From Candidatus Nanogingivalaceae bacterium (GTDB taxonomy: Bacteria; Patescibacteriota; Saccharimonadia; Saccharimonadales; Saccharimonadaceae), in contig CP072208.2 of assembly GCA_015257795.3 (NCBI GenBank), forward strand, positions 180,001-212,000: 32,000 nt of DNA, in the 5' to 3' direction. How positions within the stretch are numbered: position 1 is the first letter of the stretch; every line of letters begins with the position of its first letter. Below are positions 8,744 through 18,049 of this stretch, in pieces. The translations under genes and the position numbers were made by a program. Under the pieces are notes generated by a model, which was given only the letters and a program-made list of their open reading frames with translations, had not been told where the DNA came from and ran no database searches.

Positions 8744-10084
8744 ATGATTTCTAGAAGCAAAACATTAATAATTGCCGCAGCTGCGGTTTTATCGGTGGTC
8801 GGGTTTAAGTCTGCTTTGGCGGCACCACAAGATGTTACTAACCAAATAAAAGTTACACCAACACAAATCAAGTCAGATGGTCGTGAATGGACTATTGAGG
8901 TTTCTGGTGTTACTGCTCATGAGGGCGACTGGGCAACTTTCCGCGCAGAGAATGTCTCATTAATTCCTGGCGGAAAAGCAGACTTAAAATACAACAATGA
9001 TAAAATTGGTGAAGTTATAGTTGATAAGCAATTCAATAAAGGTCAAAACCTCAACTTTGAAACTGTTCCTCGTGATGATGAAGATGCAAAACCTGCTGCA
9101 GATATTTGGCAAGGTAAAATTATATTCAATAAAAATATTGAGAAATATACAAATTTCCGAACAACAATTTCGAACAATAACGCAAATTATTTTATCTACT
9201 CTGATCACGATGTAGTTGTGGAAACAAAGATTATCGGAACAACAACCCTTAAGGGTAATGACGTTACGGTTAAGAAGCCAAACTTGCTTGTTGTTAACAA
9301 AACACAAGTTGCGCGAGGCAGTGTATTTTTAAACACTAATGACGGAAGTTCAGTTTTTGGCCCAACTATTAATCAATCAAAGAATGAGCCAGTTAAGGCT
9401 GGAACAAAGCTAAAAATCACAATGAGTAACGATTCGCCAATTCGTTTTGATGATAAAAACTATCCAGTTGGAACAAATTTGCGGTTGGGAAGAATGCGTG
9501 AAAGTATTTCAGCATCTACTCCCGTGAACAAATATGGTGTTTATTTTGCCGGTGGTCCATCAATGGATGTAAAAATTATTTCTACATCAGATACTGAAAT
9601 TGTAATTGAAGTAACTAAAGATATGCCGGCAATGGATGGTATTTATCGAAACTGGATTTCTTCAATTAAAGTTGTTGATGGTTCGAAGATTGCAAACGGC
9701 AAAATTAACGATATCAAATATACTGCCGAATTAATTGCACCAAACGGTAATACTATAGATAAATCTACTTTTAGCCAGAGCGGTGAAATTTCTGGAAGTA
9801 ATGTAGAAACTTATGCTAGAATCAAGCCAGTTAAGCCAGTTAAACCAGTGGAGCCAGTTAAACCAAAGGATCCTGAAAATAAGCCAGCTGTTGTTGAACC
9901 GGCAGAACCAGCTAAAGAAGATCCTAAAAAGGAAGATGCTCCAAAGGAAATCAAGGCACCAAACACTGGTTTCGAAAAGGTTGCTAACGTATTAGCTTGG
10001 GCGGTTCCAGCTCTTGGAGTTGTTGGCGCTTTGACTGCTGTAGTTTTTCGAAAGAAACTACTTGGCTCAAAAGTTAAATTCTAA
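8744..10084 (+). CDS. cell-wall-anchored surface protein (signal peptide, Pro-rich stalk, APNTG sorting signal)
   Basis: Start moved to the SD-preceded ATG (MISRSKTLIIAAAAVLSVVGFKSALA|AP signal peptide). The C-terminus is KPVKPVKPVEPVKPK...KAPNTG (9956-9970) + hydrophobic helix + RKKLLGSKVKF, the classic sortase-substrate tripartite signal with an A-for-L variant. Confidence 0.8.
   Translation: MISRSKTLIIAAAAVLSVVGFKSALAAPQDVTNQIKVTPTQIKSDGREWTIEVSGVTAHEGDWATFRAENVSLIPGGKADLKYNNDKIGEVIVDKQFNKGQNLNFETVPRDDEDAKPAADIWQGKIIFNKNIEKYTNFRTTISNNNANYFIYSDHDVVVETKIIGTTTLKGNDVTVKKPNLLVVNKTQVARGSVFLNTNDGSSVFGPTINQSKNEPVKAGTKLKITMSNDSPIRFDDKNYPVGTNLRLGRMRESISASTPVNKYGVYFAGGPSMDVKIISTSDTEIVIEVTKDMPAMDGIYRNWISSIKVVDGSKIANGKINDIKYTAELIAPNGNTIDKSTFSQSGEISGSNVETYARIKPVKPVKPVEPVKPKDPENKPAVVEPAEPAKEDPKKEDAPKEIKAPNTGFEKVANVLAWAVPALGVVGALTAVVFRKKLLGSKVKF
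9824..9868 (+). repeat. five imperfect 9-bp tandem units (AAGCCAGTT) encoding (KPV)n stalk
   Basis: aagccagtt aagccagtt aaaccagtg gagccagtt aaaccaaag. Confidence 0.85.
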
Positions 10085-10102
10085 ACACTTAAAACAGTTA
10101 TA

Positions 10103-10136
10103 AAAATAGCTTTCGAAAGAGGGCTATTTTTTGTGT
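10103..10136 (+). terminator. rho-independent terminator
   Basis: AAAATAGC-12 nt loop-GCTATTTT stem with a T-run. The loop contains CTTTCGAAAG. Confidence 0.65.
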
Positions 10137-10150
10137 TTTTAGGATTTTTT

Positions 10151-10159
10151 TGATATAAT
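10151..10159 (+). promoter_or_regulatory. extended -10 promoter (TGaTATAAT) for glyQS
   Basis: Followed by a leader with SD GGAGG (10177-10181) and ATG 10186. Confidence 0.5.
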
Positions 10160-10185
10160 ATTAGGTAGATTTTAATGGAGGAAAA

Positions 10186-11535
10186 ATGAAGAACGAAGAC
10201 TTAATGGACAGAATTGTTAGCCTCGCGAAACGGCGTGGTTTTATTTGGCAAGGTAGTGAAGTTTATGGCGGCATGCGTGGAACTTGGGATTACGGCCCAC
10301 TCGGCTTGGCGTTAAAGCGCAAAATAATGAACGAATGGTGGGAGTTTTTCGTTGAAAATCGCGAAGATATGTTTGGTGTTGATGCAGCGATTATTATGAA
10401 CCCAAAAGTTTGGAAAGCTAGTGGTCATGCTGCAACTTTTGCTGATCCTTTGGTTGAGGATTTAAAAACTGGTGAGCGCTATCGAGCGGATCACCTTTTG
10501 AAAGATGCTGGAATTGAAGCCGAGGGTCTTTCGAATGAAAAAATTACTGAAATTATTCGTGAAAAAGGTTTGAAATCGCCAAAAGGCAATGATTTGAGTG
10601 ACGTTCGTAGCTTTAACATGATGTTCCAGACTAATGTTGGCGCAGTTGTTAATGAAAACTCTGTAGCTTATCTTCGCCCAGAAACTGCTCAGGGAATTTT
10701 TACGAACTATAAAAATGTAGTAGATGCTTTTTATCCAAGCTTGCCGTTTGGGCTTGCGCAACAGGGAAAAGCTTTTCGAAACGAGATTAGTCCGCGTGAT
10801 TTTGTATTCCGTTCGCGAGAATTTGAACAAATGGAAATTGAGTATTTCGTAAAACCTGAAAACTGGGAATCTGAGTTCGAAAAACTTCTTCAACTAGTTC
10901 GAGAATTCTTAACTGAAAAAATGGGTCTTCCAAAAGAGTCTTTGTTTGAGCTTGAAGTTCCGGCCGAGGATCGAGCGCACTATTCAAAACGAACAGTAGA
11001 TTTCGAATTTAATTACCCAATCGGTAAAGAAGAATTGATGGGGATTGCTTATCGAACCGACTTCGACCTTGGAAATATTCAACGGGCAAGTGGTAAAAGT
11101 ATGGAATACACAGATAAACAAACTCGCGAAAAGTTTATTCCGCACGTGATTGAGCCAAGCTTTGGTGTTGAGCGATTATTGATGGCGGTTCTTTCAAATG
11201 CTTATACCGAGGTTGAGTCTGAAGGCAAAACTCGAACTTATCTAGCCTTACCAGAAAACCTTGCACCAACTAAAATCATCGTGGCTCCACTTTTGAAAAA
11301 TAAAGAAGCTTTAGTTGAAAAAGCTAAAGAAGTTTATTCTGAGCTTCGCAAAAAATACAAAAATGTAGAATTTGATTTGAGTGGAAAAGTTGGTAAAGTT
11401 TATGCTAAAGCAGATGAAATTGGTGTGCCAAAAGTTGTTGTGATCGATTTCGAAACAGTTGAAGGTGATGGCTTAGTTAGCGTCCGAAACCGTGATGACG
11501 CTTCACAGATTCGTGTAAAATCAAGCGAGATTTAA
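10186..11535 (+). CDS. glyQS: glycine--tRNA ligase (dimeric class II type)
   Basis: IVSLAKRRGFIWQGSEVYGGMRGTWDYGPLG, class II motifs (FRNEISPR, YRTDFDL) and a C-terminal anticodon-binding domain. 449 aa. Confidence 0.9.
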   Translation: MKNEDLMDRIVSLAKRRGFIWQGSEVYGGMRGTWDYGPLGLALKRKIMNEWWEFFVENREDMFGVDAAIIMNPKVWKASGHAATFADPLVEDLKTGERYRADHLLKDAGIEAEGLSNEKITEIIREKGLKSPKGNDLSDVRSFNMMFQTNVGAVVNENSVAYLRPETAQGIFTNYKNVVDAFYPSLPFGLAQQGKAFRNEISPRDFVFRSREFEQMEIEYFVKPENWESEFEKLLQLVREFLTEKMGLPKESLFELEVPAEDRAHYSKRTVDFEFNYPIGKEELMGIAYRTDFDLGNIQRASGKSMEYTDKQTREKFIPHVIEPSFGVERLLMAVLSNAYTEVESEGKTRTYLALPENLAPTKIIVAPLLKNKEALVEKAKEVYSELRKKYKNVEFDLSGKVGKVYAKADEIGVPKVVVIDFETVEGDGLVSVRNRDDASQIRVKSSEI

Positions 11536-12338
11536 TGAAGAAGATTAGTTCGGCGCAAAATCCATTGGTTAAAAAACTTGTTCAGCTTTCAGAAAAGCAA
11601 AGTTTTCGAAACAAGCAAAAAATGACCATTATTGAAGGTGCGCACTTGACGGCCGAGTGGCTTAAGCGCTTCGGTGCGCCGGATTTTTGCGTGATTTCGA
11701 GTTCTTCAAAAAGAAGCGAAGAAGTTGAAGGAATTATTCAAAAATGTGAAGAATTAAATACTGAAATTATTGAGCTTGAAGCTAAAATATATTCAAAGAT
11801 TAGTCCTGTTATTGAGGGCGTTGGTGTTCTGTTTGTTGTGAAAATACCAGAAAATCAAGGTGTTGATTTTTGTGAAGATTCAATTATTCTCGACAGGGTT
11901 CAGGATCCGGGAAATTTGGGAACAATTTTACGTAGCGCAGTCGGTTTTGGTGTTAAACAAATAATTTGTTCAAAAGGGACTGTTTCGGTTTGGTCGCCAA
12001 AAGTTTTGCGAGCAGGGATGGGGGCGCATTTTCAACTAGAGATTTTTGAGAATGAGGATTTAAAAGATGTTATCGAAAAGCTTAAAGTTCCAACTTTTGC
12101 AACAAGCTTAAAAGCCCAAAAAACAATTTATGATGAGGATTTTACAGTAAAAACTGCTTGGATTTTTGGCAATGAAGGTTCTGGTGTTTCAGAAGAAGTT
12201 CTTTCGAAAGTTAGGAAGAAGGTGATAATTCCGCAAATTGGTGAAATCGAAAGTCTGAATGTTGCGATGGCTGCAACGGTTTGTCTTTCAGAACAATCTC
12301 GGCAACGACTAAAATATAAGCATCTTGGCAACAGTTAA
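11535..12338 (+). CDS. TrmH/SpoU-family RNA 2'-O-methyltransferase (RlmB-like)
   Basis: SPOUT motifs LDRVQDPGNLGTILRSA, IFGNEGSGVS and IESLNVAMAATVCL. TAATG overlap with glyQS. Confidence 0.8.
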   Translation: MKKISSAQNPLVKKLVQLSEKQSFRNKQKMTIIEGAHLTAEWLKRFGAPDFCVISSSSKRSEEVEGIIQKCEELNTEIIELEAKIYSKISPVIEGVGVLFVVKIPENQGVDFCEDSIILDRVQDPGNLGTILRSAVGFGVKQIICSKGTVSVWSPKVLRAGMGAHFQLEIFENEDLKDVIEKLKVPTFATSLKAQKTIYDEDFTVKTAWIFGNEGSGVSEEVLSKVRKKVIIPQIGEIESLNVAMAATVCLSEQSRQRLKYKHLGNS

Positions 12339-12344
12339 AATATA

Positions 12345-12353
12345 TGATATAAT
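12345..12353 (+). promoter_or_regulatory. extended -10 promoter (TGaTATAAT), leaderless-type
   Basis: The -10 ends 6 nt before ATG 12360. Confidence 0.5.
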
Positions 12354-12359
12354 CAAGCT

Positions 12360-12920
12360 ATGAAAAAAGTTATTGTAAAAGCAAAAATTAAAAATAAGGT
12401 TGATTTTATCAAGCGCTTAACAGATACGGGGCATGATTTTGGTCGTGTTATTTTTCAGAATGACCGCGTTTTTTTGCCGCGTGGTTACCAACCAAGTCGA
12501 AACTTGCCAAAATTGATGATTCGAACAGAGATTATTGATCCAAAGCGTAAGCCGTGGTATCAGCTAATCCAAAAACGACACATTCAAAGTGAAAATGTCG
12601 ACTTAATTCATGAAACACCTGTTTTGAACTATTCTGAAACTGCACACATTGTTCAACAACTAGGCTTTGAAATGAAAGTTGAAGTTCTCCGAAATCGTCA
12701 AAAGCTTCAAGTAGAAGATACAACTTTTTACTTAGATGATGTTGAAAAACTTGGAACATTCATTAAACTTGAAAGAGAAGTTAAAAAAGGTGATAATCCA
12801 GATGCGATTCGTCAAGAGTTGTGGGATGTTTTGGAAGTTCTCGGAATTGATAAAACCGCAAACTCTCCAGAAAACTATACTGCACAACTTCTTCGAAAGA
12901 AAGAAAAGTCTAAAAAATAA
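12360..12920 (+). CDS. CYTH-domain protein (class IV adenylyl cyclase / triphosphatase-like)
   Basis: Layout matches CyaB-like CYTH: N-terminal beta strand VIVKAKI, QNDRVF, LMIRTE, and FYLDDVEKLGTFIKLERE near the C-terminus. Confidence 0.6.
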   Translation: MKKVIVKAKIKNKVDFIKRLTDTGHDFGRVIFQNDRVFLPRGYQPSRNLPKLMIRTEIIDPKRKPWYQLIQKRHIQSENVDLIHETPVLNYSETAHIVQQLGFEMKVEVLRNRQKLQVEDTTFYLDDVEKLGTFIKLEREVKKGDNPDAIRQELWDVLEVLGIDKTANSPENYTAQLLRKKEKSKK

Positions 12921-12986
12921 AATAAAATAATGCGGTTAACTTTGACCGCTTATTTTTACATGTAAAAATAAAATATATAAATAAGC

Positions 12987-13015
12987 TTGAACGCTTTACG
13001 AAAAGCTGTTATAAT
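12987..13015 (+). promoter_or_regulatory. promoter (-35 TTGAAC, 17 nt, TGtTATAAT), leaderless-type
   Basis: The -10 ends 5 nt before GTG 13021 and 8 nt before ATG 13024. Confidence 0.55.
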
Positions 13016-13020
13016 AGAAA

Positions 13021-13707
13021 GTGATGATATTATTAGATCGTGTAACTAAAGTTTATGGGAATTCAAACACTCCTGCAATCAACAGGATCAGTCTTCATAT
13101 TAAACCAAAAGAGTTTGTGATTTTGGTAGGAACTAGTGGTGCTGGAAAATCATCACTGTTAAAGATGCTAACTCGCGAAGAGAAGCAAACTAGCGGTAAA
13201 ATTGTAGTTGGCGGAATTGACTACGATAAACTTCGAGATAAAGATATTCCACTTTTGCGTCGTCGAATTGGTGTGATTTTTCAGGATTTTAAACTTTTAC
13301 CAAATCGAACTGTTTTCGAAAATGTTGCTTTTGCGCTTGAAATTGCTGGAATGACAAATCATGAAATCAAAGCAACGGTTCCAAAAGTTATTAAGCTTGT
13401 TGGGCTTCAAGGTAAAGAGAATAATTTCCCGCATCAGTTAAGTGGTGGTGAACGTCAGCGTGTTGCGATTGCACGTGCACTCGCTCGTCAGCCGAAAATT
13501 CTAATCGCCGATGAGCCAACAGGAAATCTCGACCCAAAACACAGTTGGGATATTATTCGCTTGCTTGAAAAAATTAACGATTACGGAACAACAGTGGTGC
13601 TAACTACGCACAATGTTGAAATTGTTAACAGATTAAAGCGCCGTGTTATTACATTGAGTCACGGAAAAATTACTCACGATCAGTCACAGGGGGAATATAG
13701 ACAGTAA
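13021..13707 (+). CDS. ftsE: cell-division ABC ATPase FtsE
   Basis: Walker A GTSGAGKSS, signature LSGGERQR, Walker B ILIADEPTGNLD. Followed directly by ftsX. The start may be ATG 13024. Confidence 0.88.
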   Translation: MMILLDRVTKVYGNSNTPAINRISLHIKPKEFVILVGTSGAGKSSLLKMLTREEKQTSGKIVVGGIDYDKLRDKDIPLLRRRIGVIFQDFKLLPNRTVFENVAFALEIAGMTNHEIKATVPKVIKLVGLQGKENNFPHQLSGGERQRVAIARALARQPKILIADEPTGNLDPKHSWDIIRLLEKINDYGTTVVLTTHNVEIVNRLKRRVITLSHGKITHDQSQGEYRQ

Positions 13708-14804
13708 TGAAAGAAGATTTTTCAAACTCTCCAGCAGCAAAAGCACAAAATGACGATGAAAAACGTTTGCATGCTTCTTCAAAAGTTCAAAGCTTGAGAC
13801 ATCATCGAAAACCACAAACATCTCAAGGACGAAAGAAGCAAAATTCGAAAGTTATAATGCAACAAAAACAGCGTCGCCGCAAGGCTCTAACTTTTTGGAG
13901 AATTACAAAATATGGTGCAAATAGTTTTGTGCGAAACGCTTGGCTTTCGGTTGCCGCAACAGCAGTGATGACAGTTACTTTGGTTATTATCTTTGGTTCA
14001 TTATTAGCTCGCTCAATCTTGATGGATACAGTTGAAGATATCAAGAATAAGGTTGACATGTCGATTTACCTTAAAAAAGGTGTGTCCGATAAGGATATCG
14101 CCAAGATGAAAAAATCAATTCAAAATTTGAAATCAGTAACAAGCATTACATACACGTCACCGCAACAAGCACGTGAAAAATTCGCAAGCAAGAATTCTTC
14201 CGATGCAGATATTCGAAAAGCCTTGCTTGAGTCAAATAATGAATTTTTTGGAATTTTCAATATTAAACTGGTTAATATTTCGGATACAACAGAACTTAAG
14301 AGTCTCGTTGACAGTGATAAACTAATTAAATCGAGTCTTGACCCTGACCACCCACCAACATATGCGAGCGATCGCAACGAGATAATCAAGAATATTTCTA
14401 ATACGATTAATTTTGCCGAAAAAGTTGGACTTTTGGCTGGTTCGATCTTTGTTGTTATTGCAAGTTTGATTATCTTTAATACAATTCGAATGGCAATTTT
14501 TAACCGTCGAGAAGAGATTTATATGATGAAACTAATTGGTGCGAATAAGAGCTTTATTGCAGGACCTTTTCTGGTCGAAGCAATAATTTGTGGAACGATT
14601 GCAGCAGTTTTGGCGACAATCATTGGTTACACAATAGTTTTCTTGTCAAAATCAAAGCTTGAAGCATATGGAATTATCGTTTCTCCGATTATTTCATTCT
14701 TGCAAGTATACGGGGTTGTGGTTGTTCTTGGGCTAATTCTAATAGGTTCAACAATTGGTGTAATCTCTGCATTTACTGCAACAAGGAAATATTTAAAAAT
14801 ATAA
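13707..14804 (+). CDS. ftsX: cell-division permease-like FtsX with ~70-aa basic N-terminal extension
   Basis: TAATG coupling to ftsE. One TM, a large extracytoplasmic loop, then three C-terminal TMs (FtsX topology). Confidence 0.8.
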   Translation: MKEDFSNSPAAKAQNDDEKRLHASSKVQSLRHHRKPQTSQGRKKQNSKVIMQQKQRRRKALTFWRITKYGANSFVRNAWLSVAATAVMTVTLVIIFGSLLARSILMDTVEDIKNKVDMSIYLKKGVSDKDIAKMKKSIQNLKSVTSITYTSPQQAREKFASKNSSDADIRKALLESNNEFFGIFNIKLVNISDTTELKSLVDSDKLIKSSLDPDHPPTYASDRNEIIKNISNTINFAEKVGLLAGSIFVVIASLIIFNTIRMAIFNRREEIYMMKLIGANKSFIAGPFLVEAIICGTIAAVLATIIGYTIVFLSKSKLEAYGIIVSPIISFLQVYGVVVVLGLILIGSTIGVISAFTATRKYLKI

Positions 14805-14816
14805 TAGGAAAGGGGC

Positions 14817-14845
14817 TTGTCTTCACAAATAAAGTGTGGTATACT
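14817..14845 (+). promoter_or_regulatory. promoter (-35 TTGTCT, 17 nt, TGgTATACT)
   Basis: The track start GTG 14834 lies inside this promoter. The likely start is ATG 14885. Confidence 0.5.
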
Positions 14846-14884
14846 GTAAACAGTAATAAAATAAAAGCAAAAAGAAAAACAACT

Positions 14885-16075
14885 ATGAAGAAAATCAATA
14901 AGAAGAATTTACTTATCAATGGTGCGATATCTGTGGGTGTCGCGGCTGCTGGTGTTGTTGCAGTTTTGCCTAAAAACAACGCTCAAGCTGAAAAGAGTAT
15001 TGATCAGCTTGATAAAGAAATCAAAGCAATTCAGTCACAAATTAGTGATGCGGAATCTCAAGCGAGCCAATTACGAAACAAGGCTCAGACTCTTCAAAAC
15101 GAGTTGAATGGAATTGAAAACGAAAAGACTATGATTCAGTCTCAAATTTCAATCTATCAAAAGCAATTCGAAAAGCTTCAGATTGAGATTAAGAATAATG
15201 AAGATAGTATTCAGAGAAACCGGAATGCGCTTGGTTCTATTTTGGCAACAATGTCTCTTGATGACGATATAACACCTATTGAACGAATTGCCGGAAGTAG
15301 CAATCTTTCGAAAGCACTTGATAACTTCGAGTACCAGAGTGCGGTTAAGAATCAATTGGTTGAAAAAGTTGACAGCATTAAGCGGGCTAAAGCAGAACTT
15401 GAAAAACAACGCGATGAAACTAAGGTTGCGTTAACTAATCAAAAACAAGCGGAGTCTGCATTGCAAGAAAAGATTCGTCAGCAGAATGATTTGATTGCTA
15501 AAACTAAGAACGATGAAGCTGAATACACTAAATATGCTAGTGAACGTTCTTCACAAAAAGCAGAACTTCAAAAGCAGCAACAAGATATGATTCAGGCGCA
15601 AATTTTACGCGCTGCTCGTGCTGCCGGCGGTGGTACTATCCCACAAGCTATTGCTGGAACAAGTAGTTATCCTTGGAACGACGCAAACTGTTATGTTGAC
15701 GGTAACGCCGTAAGTCATGGTGGCGCAGATGGAAATGGCGGTGATGGTTATGGTTATGGTTGTCGTCAATGTGTGAGCTATGTCGCTTGGAAGTTGCGCG
15801 CAACAAAAGGTATTAACGCTGCGTATTGGGGGAATGCTAAGAATGTCCCAGCTAGTGCGCGTAATGCCGGATTCCGAACCGGAAGCACACCAAAAGCAGG
15901 ATCGTTCGGTGTTATGACCGGTGGTCAATACGGTCACATCGTTTGGGTTGAATCTGTTAACGGTAATATGGTTACAATTTCTCAATACAATTACCTCGTT
16001 AACGGACGCTGGGGGCAATTCTCTACAATGACTGTTCCTGCAAGCACTTACGATACTTACGTGTATTTTGATTAA
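14885..16075 (+). CDS. secreted coiled-coil + CHAP-domain peptidoglycan hydrolase (PcsB-like)
   Basis: Signal peptide MKKINKKNLLINGAISVGVAAAGVVAVLPKNNAQA. About 230 aa of heptad-rich coiled coil. C-terminal CHAP with catalytic Cys (CRQCVSYVAWKL) and His (GHIVWVESV). Confidence 0.8.
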   Translation: MKKINKKNLLINGAISVGVAAAGVVAVLPKNNAQAEKSIDQLDKEIKAIQSQISDAESQASQLRNKAQTLQNELNGIENEKTMIQSQISIYQKQFEKLQIEIKNNEDSIQRNRNALGSILATMSLDDDITPIERIAGSSNLSKALDNFEYQSAVKNQLVEKVDSIKRAKAELEKQRDETKVALTNQKQAESALQEKIRQQNDLIAKTKNDEAEYTKYASERSSQKAELQKQQQDMIQAQILRAARAAGGGTIPQAIAGTSSYPWNDANCYVDGNAVSHGGADGNGGDGYGYGCRQCVSYVAWKLRATKGINAAYWGNAKNVPASARNAGFRTGSTPKAGSFGVMTGGQYGHIVWVESVNGNMVTISQYNYLVNGRWGQFSTMTVPASTYDTYVYFD

Positions 16076-16078
16076 AAA

Positions 16079-16103
16079 ATAAGCTCCTAGGAGCTTATTT
16101 TTG
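16079..16103 (+). terminator. rho-independent terminator
   Basis: 20-nt perfect palindrome ATAAGCTCCTAGGAGCTTAT followed by a T-run. Confidence 0.75.
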
Positions 16104-16121
16104 TTGCGCTTATGTTTTTTG

Positions 16122-16130
16122 TGGTATAAT
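16122..16130 (+). promoter_or_regulatory. extended -10 promoter (TGgTATAAT), leaderless-type
   Basis: The -10 ends 6 nt before ATG 16137. The track start TTG 16101 lies upstream of the promoter. Confidence 0.5.
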
Positions 16131-16136
16131 AGTTTT

Positions 16137-17318
16137 ATGGATAGAGGTAAAAAAGTTGAACGCTCAACGCTTATCATTGTTTCGACGTTTATGTTGGTTT
16201 TGGGATTTGCTGGTGGTTCACGAATAGATGACATTAAAAATTTAATTGCACCGGTTTTCGGAATGAAGAGAGTTGAGAAACTTGATCTTTCGGCGGTTGA
16301 AAAAACATATAATCAATTAGCTTCAAACTTTGATGGTAAATTAGATCAACAAAAGTTGACAGAGGGTGCTTCAAAAGGTTTAGTTGAAGCCGCTGGAGAT
16401 AAATATACAGAATATATGACCGCAAAAGAAGCTGAAGAATTTAATAAAAGCTTAAGTGGTGATGTTGGCGCTGGGATTGGAGTTGAGCTCGCAAAGGATG
16501 GTCAGTCTGTTAAGGTAGTACGCGTTTTAGCAAAAAACTCCGCTCAAAGTGCTGGGATTTTACCAGGAGATATAATTTTAAAAGTTAATGATGAGGATGT
16601 GTCCAAAAAGAGTACGGCAGAAGTTAGCTCAAAAATTCGAGGCGATGCTGGTACCACTGTTAAAATTAGCTTACTAAGAGGTCAGGATATAAAAGAATTC
16701 TCGGTAACTCGAGCAAAAATCGAAAATCCAAGTGTAGAGCTTTCGAAAAATGGGGACGTTGCAATTCTTTCAATCTATCGCTTCGATAGTGAGACAGGTG
16801 CCTTAGCTAAAAAATACGCCGAAGAAATTAAGAATGAAGGATTTTCGAAGGTTATTCTAGACTTGCGTGGAAATGGTGGTGGCTACGTTCAAGCTGCAAA
16901 AACTGTTGCAAGTTTATGGCTTGAAAAAAATGCGTTAATTGTTAGCGAAAAAACAGGTTCAAAAACTATCGAAGAAATTCGAGCAACAGGCAATAATCCG
17001 TTAAAGGGTATGAAAACCGTTATTCTTCTTGATGGAACATCTGCAAGTGCTAGCGAAATTGTGGCAGGAGCGCTAAAAGAGAATAAAGCAGCAACGATTG
17101 TTGGCGAAAAATCTTACGGAAAGGGAAGCGTTCAGACTACGGTTGATATGCCCGGAGGAGCTTTACTGAAGGTTACTATTGCAAAATGGTACACACCAAA
17201 TGGAGAAAATATTTCAAATAATGGAATTTCACCAGATGTTGAGGTTAAGGCTCCAGAAAATCAAAGTTATTTGTTAAATGATATCCAGAAAAATAAAGCA
17301 CTAGATTTGTTAAAATAA
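16137..17318 (+). CDS. S41-family C-terminal processing peptidase (Ctp/Prc-like) with PDZ domain
   Basis: N-terminal TM anchor, PDZ (GIGVEL...GDIILKVND), and S41 core LDLRGNGGGYV...SASASEIVAGAL...GKGSVQ. Confidence 0.85.
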   Translation: MDRGKKVERSTLIIVSTFMLVLGFAGGSRIDDIKNLIAPVFGMKRVEKLDLSAVEKTYNQLASNFDGKLDQQKLTEGASKGLVEAAGDKYTEYMTAKEAEEFNKSLSGDVGAGIGVELAKDGQSVKVVRVLAKNSAQSAGILPGDIILKVNDEDVSKKSTAEVSSKIRGDAGTTVKISLLRGQDIKEFSVTRAKIENPSVELSKNGDVAILSIYRFDSETGALAKKYAEEIKNEGFSKVILDLRGNGGGYVQAAKTVASLWLEKNALIVSEKTGSKTIEEIRATGNNPLKGMKTVILLDGTSASASEIVAGALKENKAATIVGEKSYGKGSVQTTVDMPGGALLKVTIAKWYTPNGENISNNGISPDVEVKAPENQSYLLNDIQKNKALDLLK

Positions 17319-17327
17319 GGAGTTAGT

Positions 17328-17717
17328 ATGCAAATTAAGAAGAAAATTTTACTAGTTGAAGATGATGAAGTGTTGGCAAGTATTTATCGTGCTCGACTTG
17401 AGATGGAAGATTTTGAAGTCATTGAGGTTCATGATGGCGAGCAGGCTCTAACGGCTGCCCTTAAATATCGTCCAGATTTAATTTTGCTCGATGCGATGAT
17501 GCCAAAAATATCTGGTTTTGATGTTTTGGATATTTTACGAAATACGCCAGAAACAATGAATCTTCAAATTATTATGCTTACAGCCCTAAGTCAAGAGAGT
17601 GACAGAAAACGTGCTGAAGAGCTGGGTGTTGATGATTATCTTGTGAAATCTCAAGTTGTTATTTCTGATGTAATCGAAAAAATTCGTGAGCATCTAGGTC
17701 TTGATGAAAGCTATTAG
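17328..17717 (+). CDS. single-domain response regulator (CheY/DivK-like)
   Basis: KKILLVEDDE...PDLILLDAMMPKISGFDVL...IIMLTA...YLVK receiver motifs. SD AAGGAG upstream. Confidence 0.85.
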   Translation: MQIKKKILLVEDDEVLASIYRARLEMEDFEVIEVHDGEQALTAALKYRPDLILLDAMMPKISGFDVLDILRNTPETMNLQIIMLTALSQESDRKRAEELGVDDYLVKSQVVISDVIEKIREHLGLDESY

Positions 17718-17726
17718 AGAATAAAT

Positions 17727-17762
17727 AAAAATGAGTCGATCGATACGAAAGACTCATTTTTT
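17727..17762. terminator. bidirectional rho-independent terminator
   Basis: AAAATGAGTC-13 nt-GACTCATTTT (10 bp), with an A-run on one side and a T-run on the other, between convergent genes. Confidence 0.75.
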
Positions 17763-17770
17763 ATTGCAAA

Positions 17771-18049
17771 TTACGCAGCTACAACTTCTACAACTGTACG
17801 TCGTTCAGTCTTGCCAGTAAATTTGCGTTTTTGGATTTGTTTAAATTTCACAACACCGTCTTGTTTGGCATGAATCGTGAAATTTCGGCTCATGTAAGTT
17901 CCTTCACCAGCCAATTTAGTTGCACCAGTTTGTCGAACGAGAACTTCACCCTCGTTAACTTTTTGGCCACCAAATCGTTTAACACCAAGGCGTTGACCGG
18001 CGTTATTGTGGATGTTCTTACTTGAACCACCCGATTTAACGTGTGACAT
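17771..18049 (-). CDS. rpmA: 50S ribosomal protein L27
   Basis: MSHVKSGGSSKNIHNNAGQRLGVKRFGGQ...G..LVRQ.G matches the L27 signature. 92 aa. Confidence 0.9.
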   Translation of the reverse strand: MSHVKSGGSSKNIHNNAGQRLGVKRFGGQKVNEGEVLVRQTGATKLAGEGTYMSRNFTIHAKQDGVVKFKQIQKRKFTGKTERRTVVEVVAA

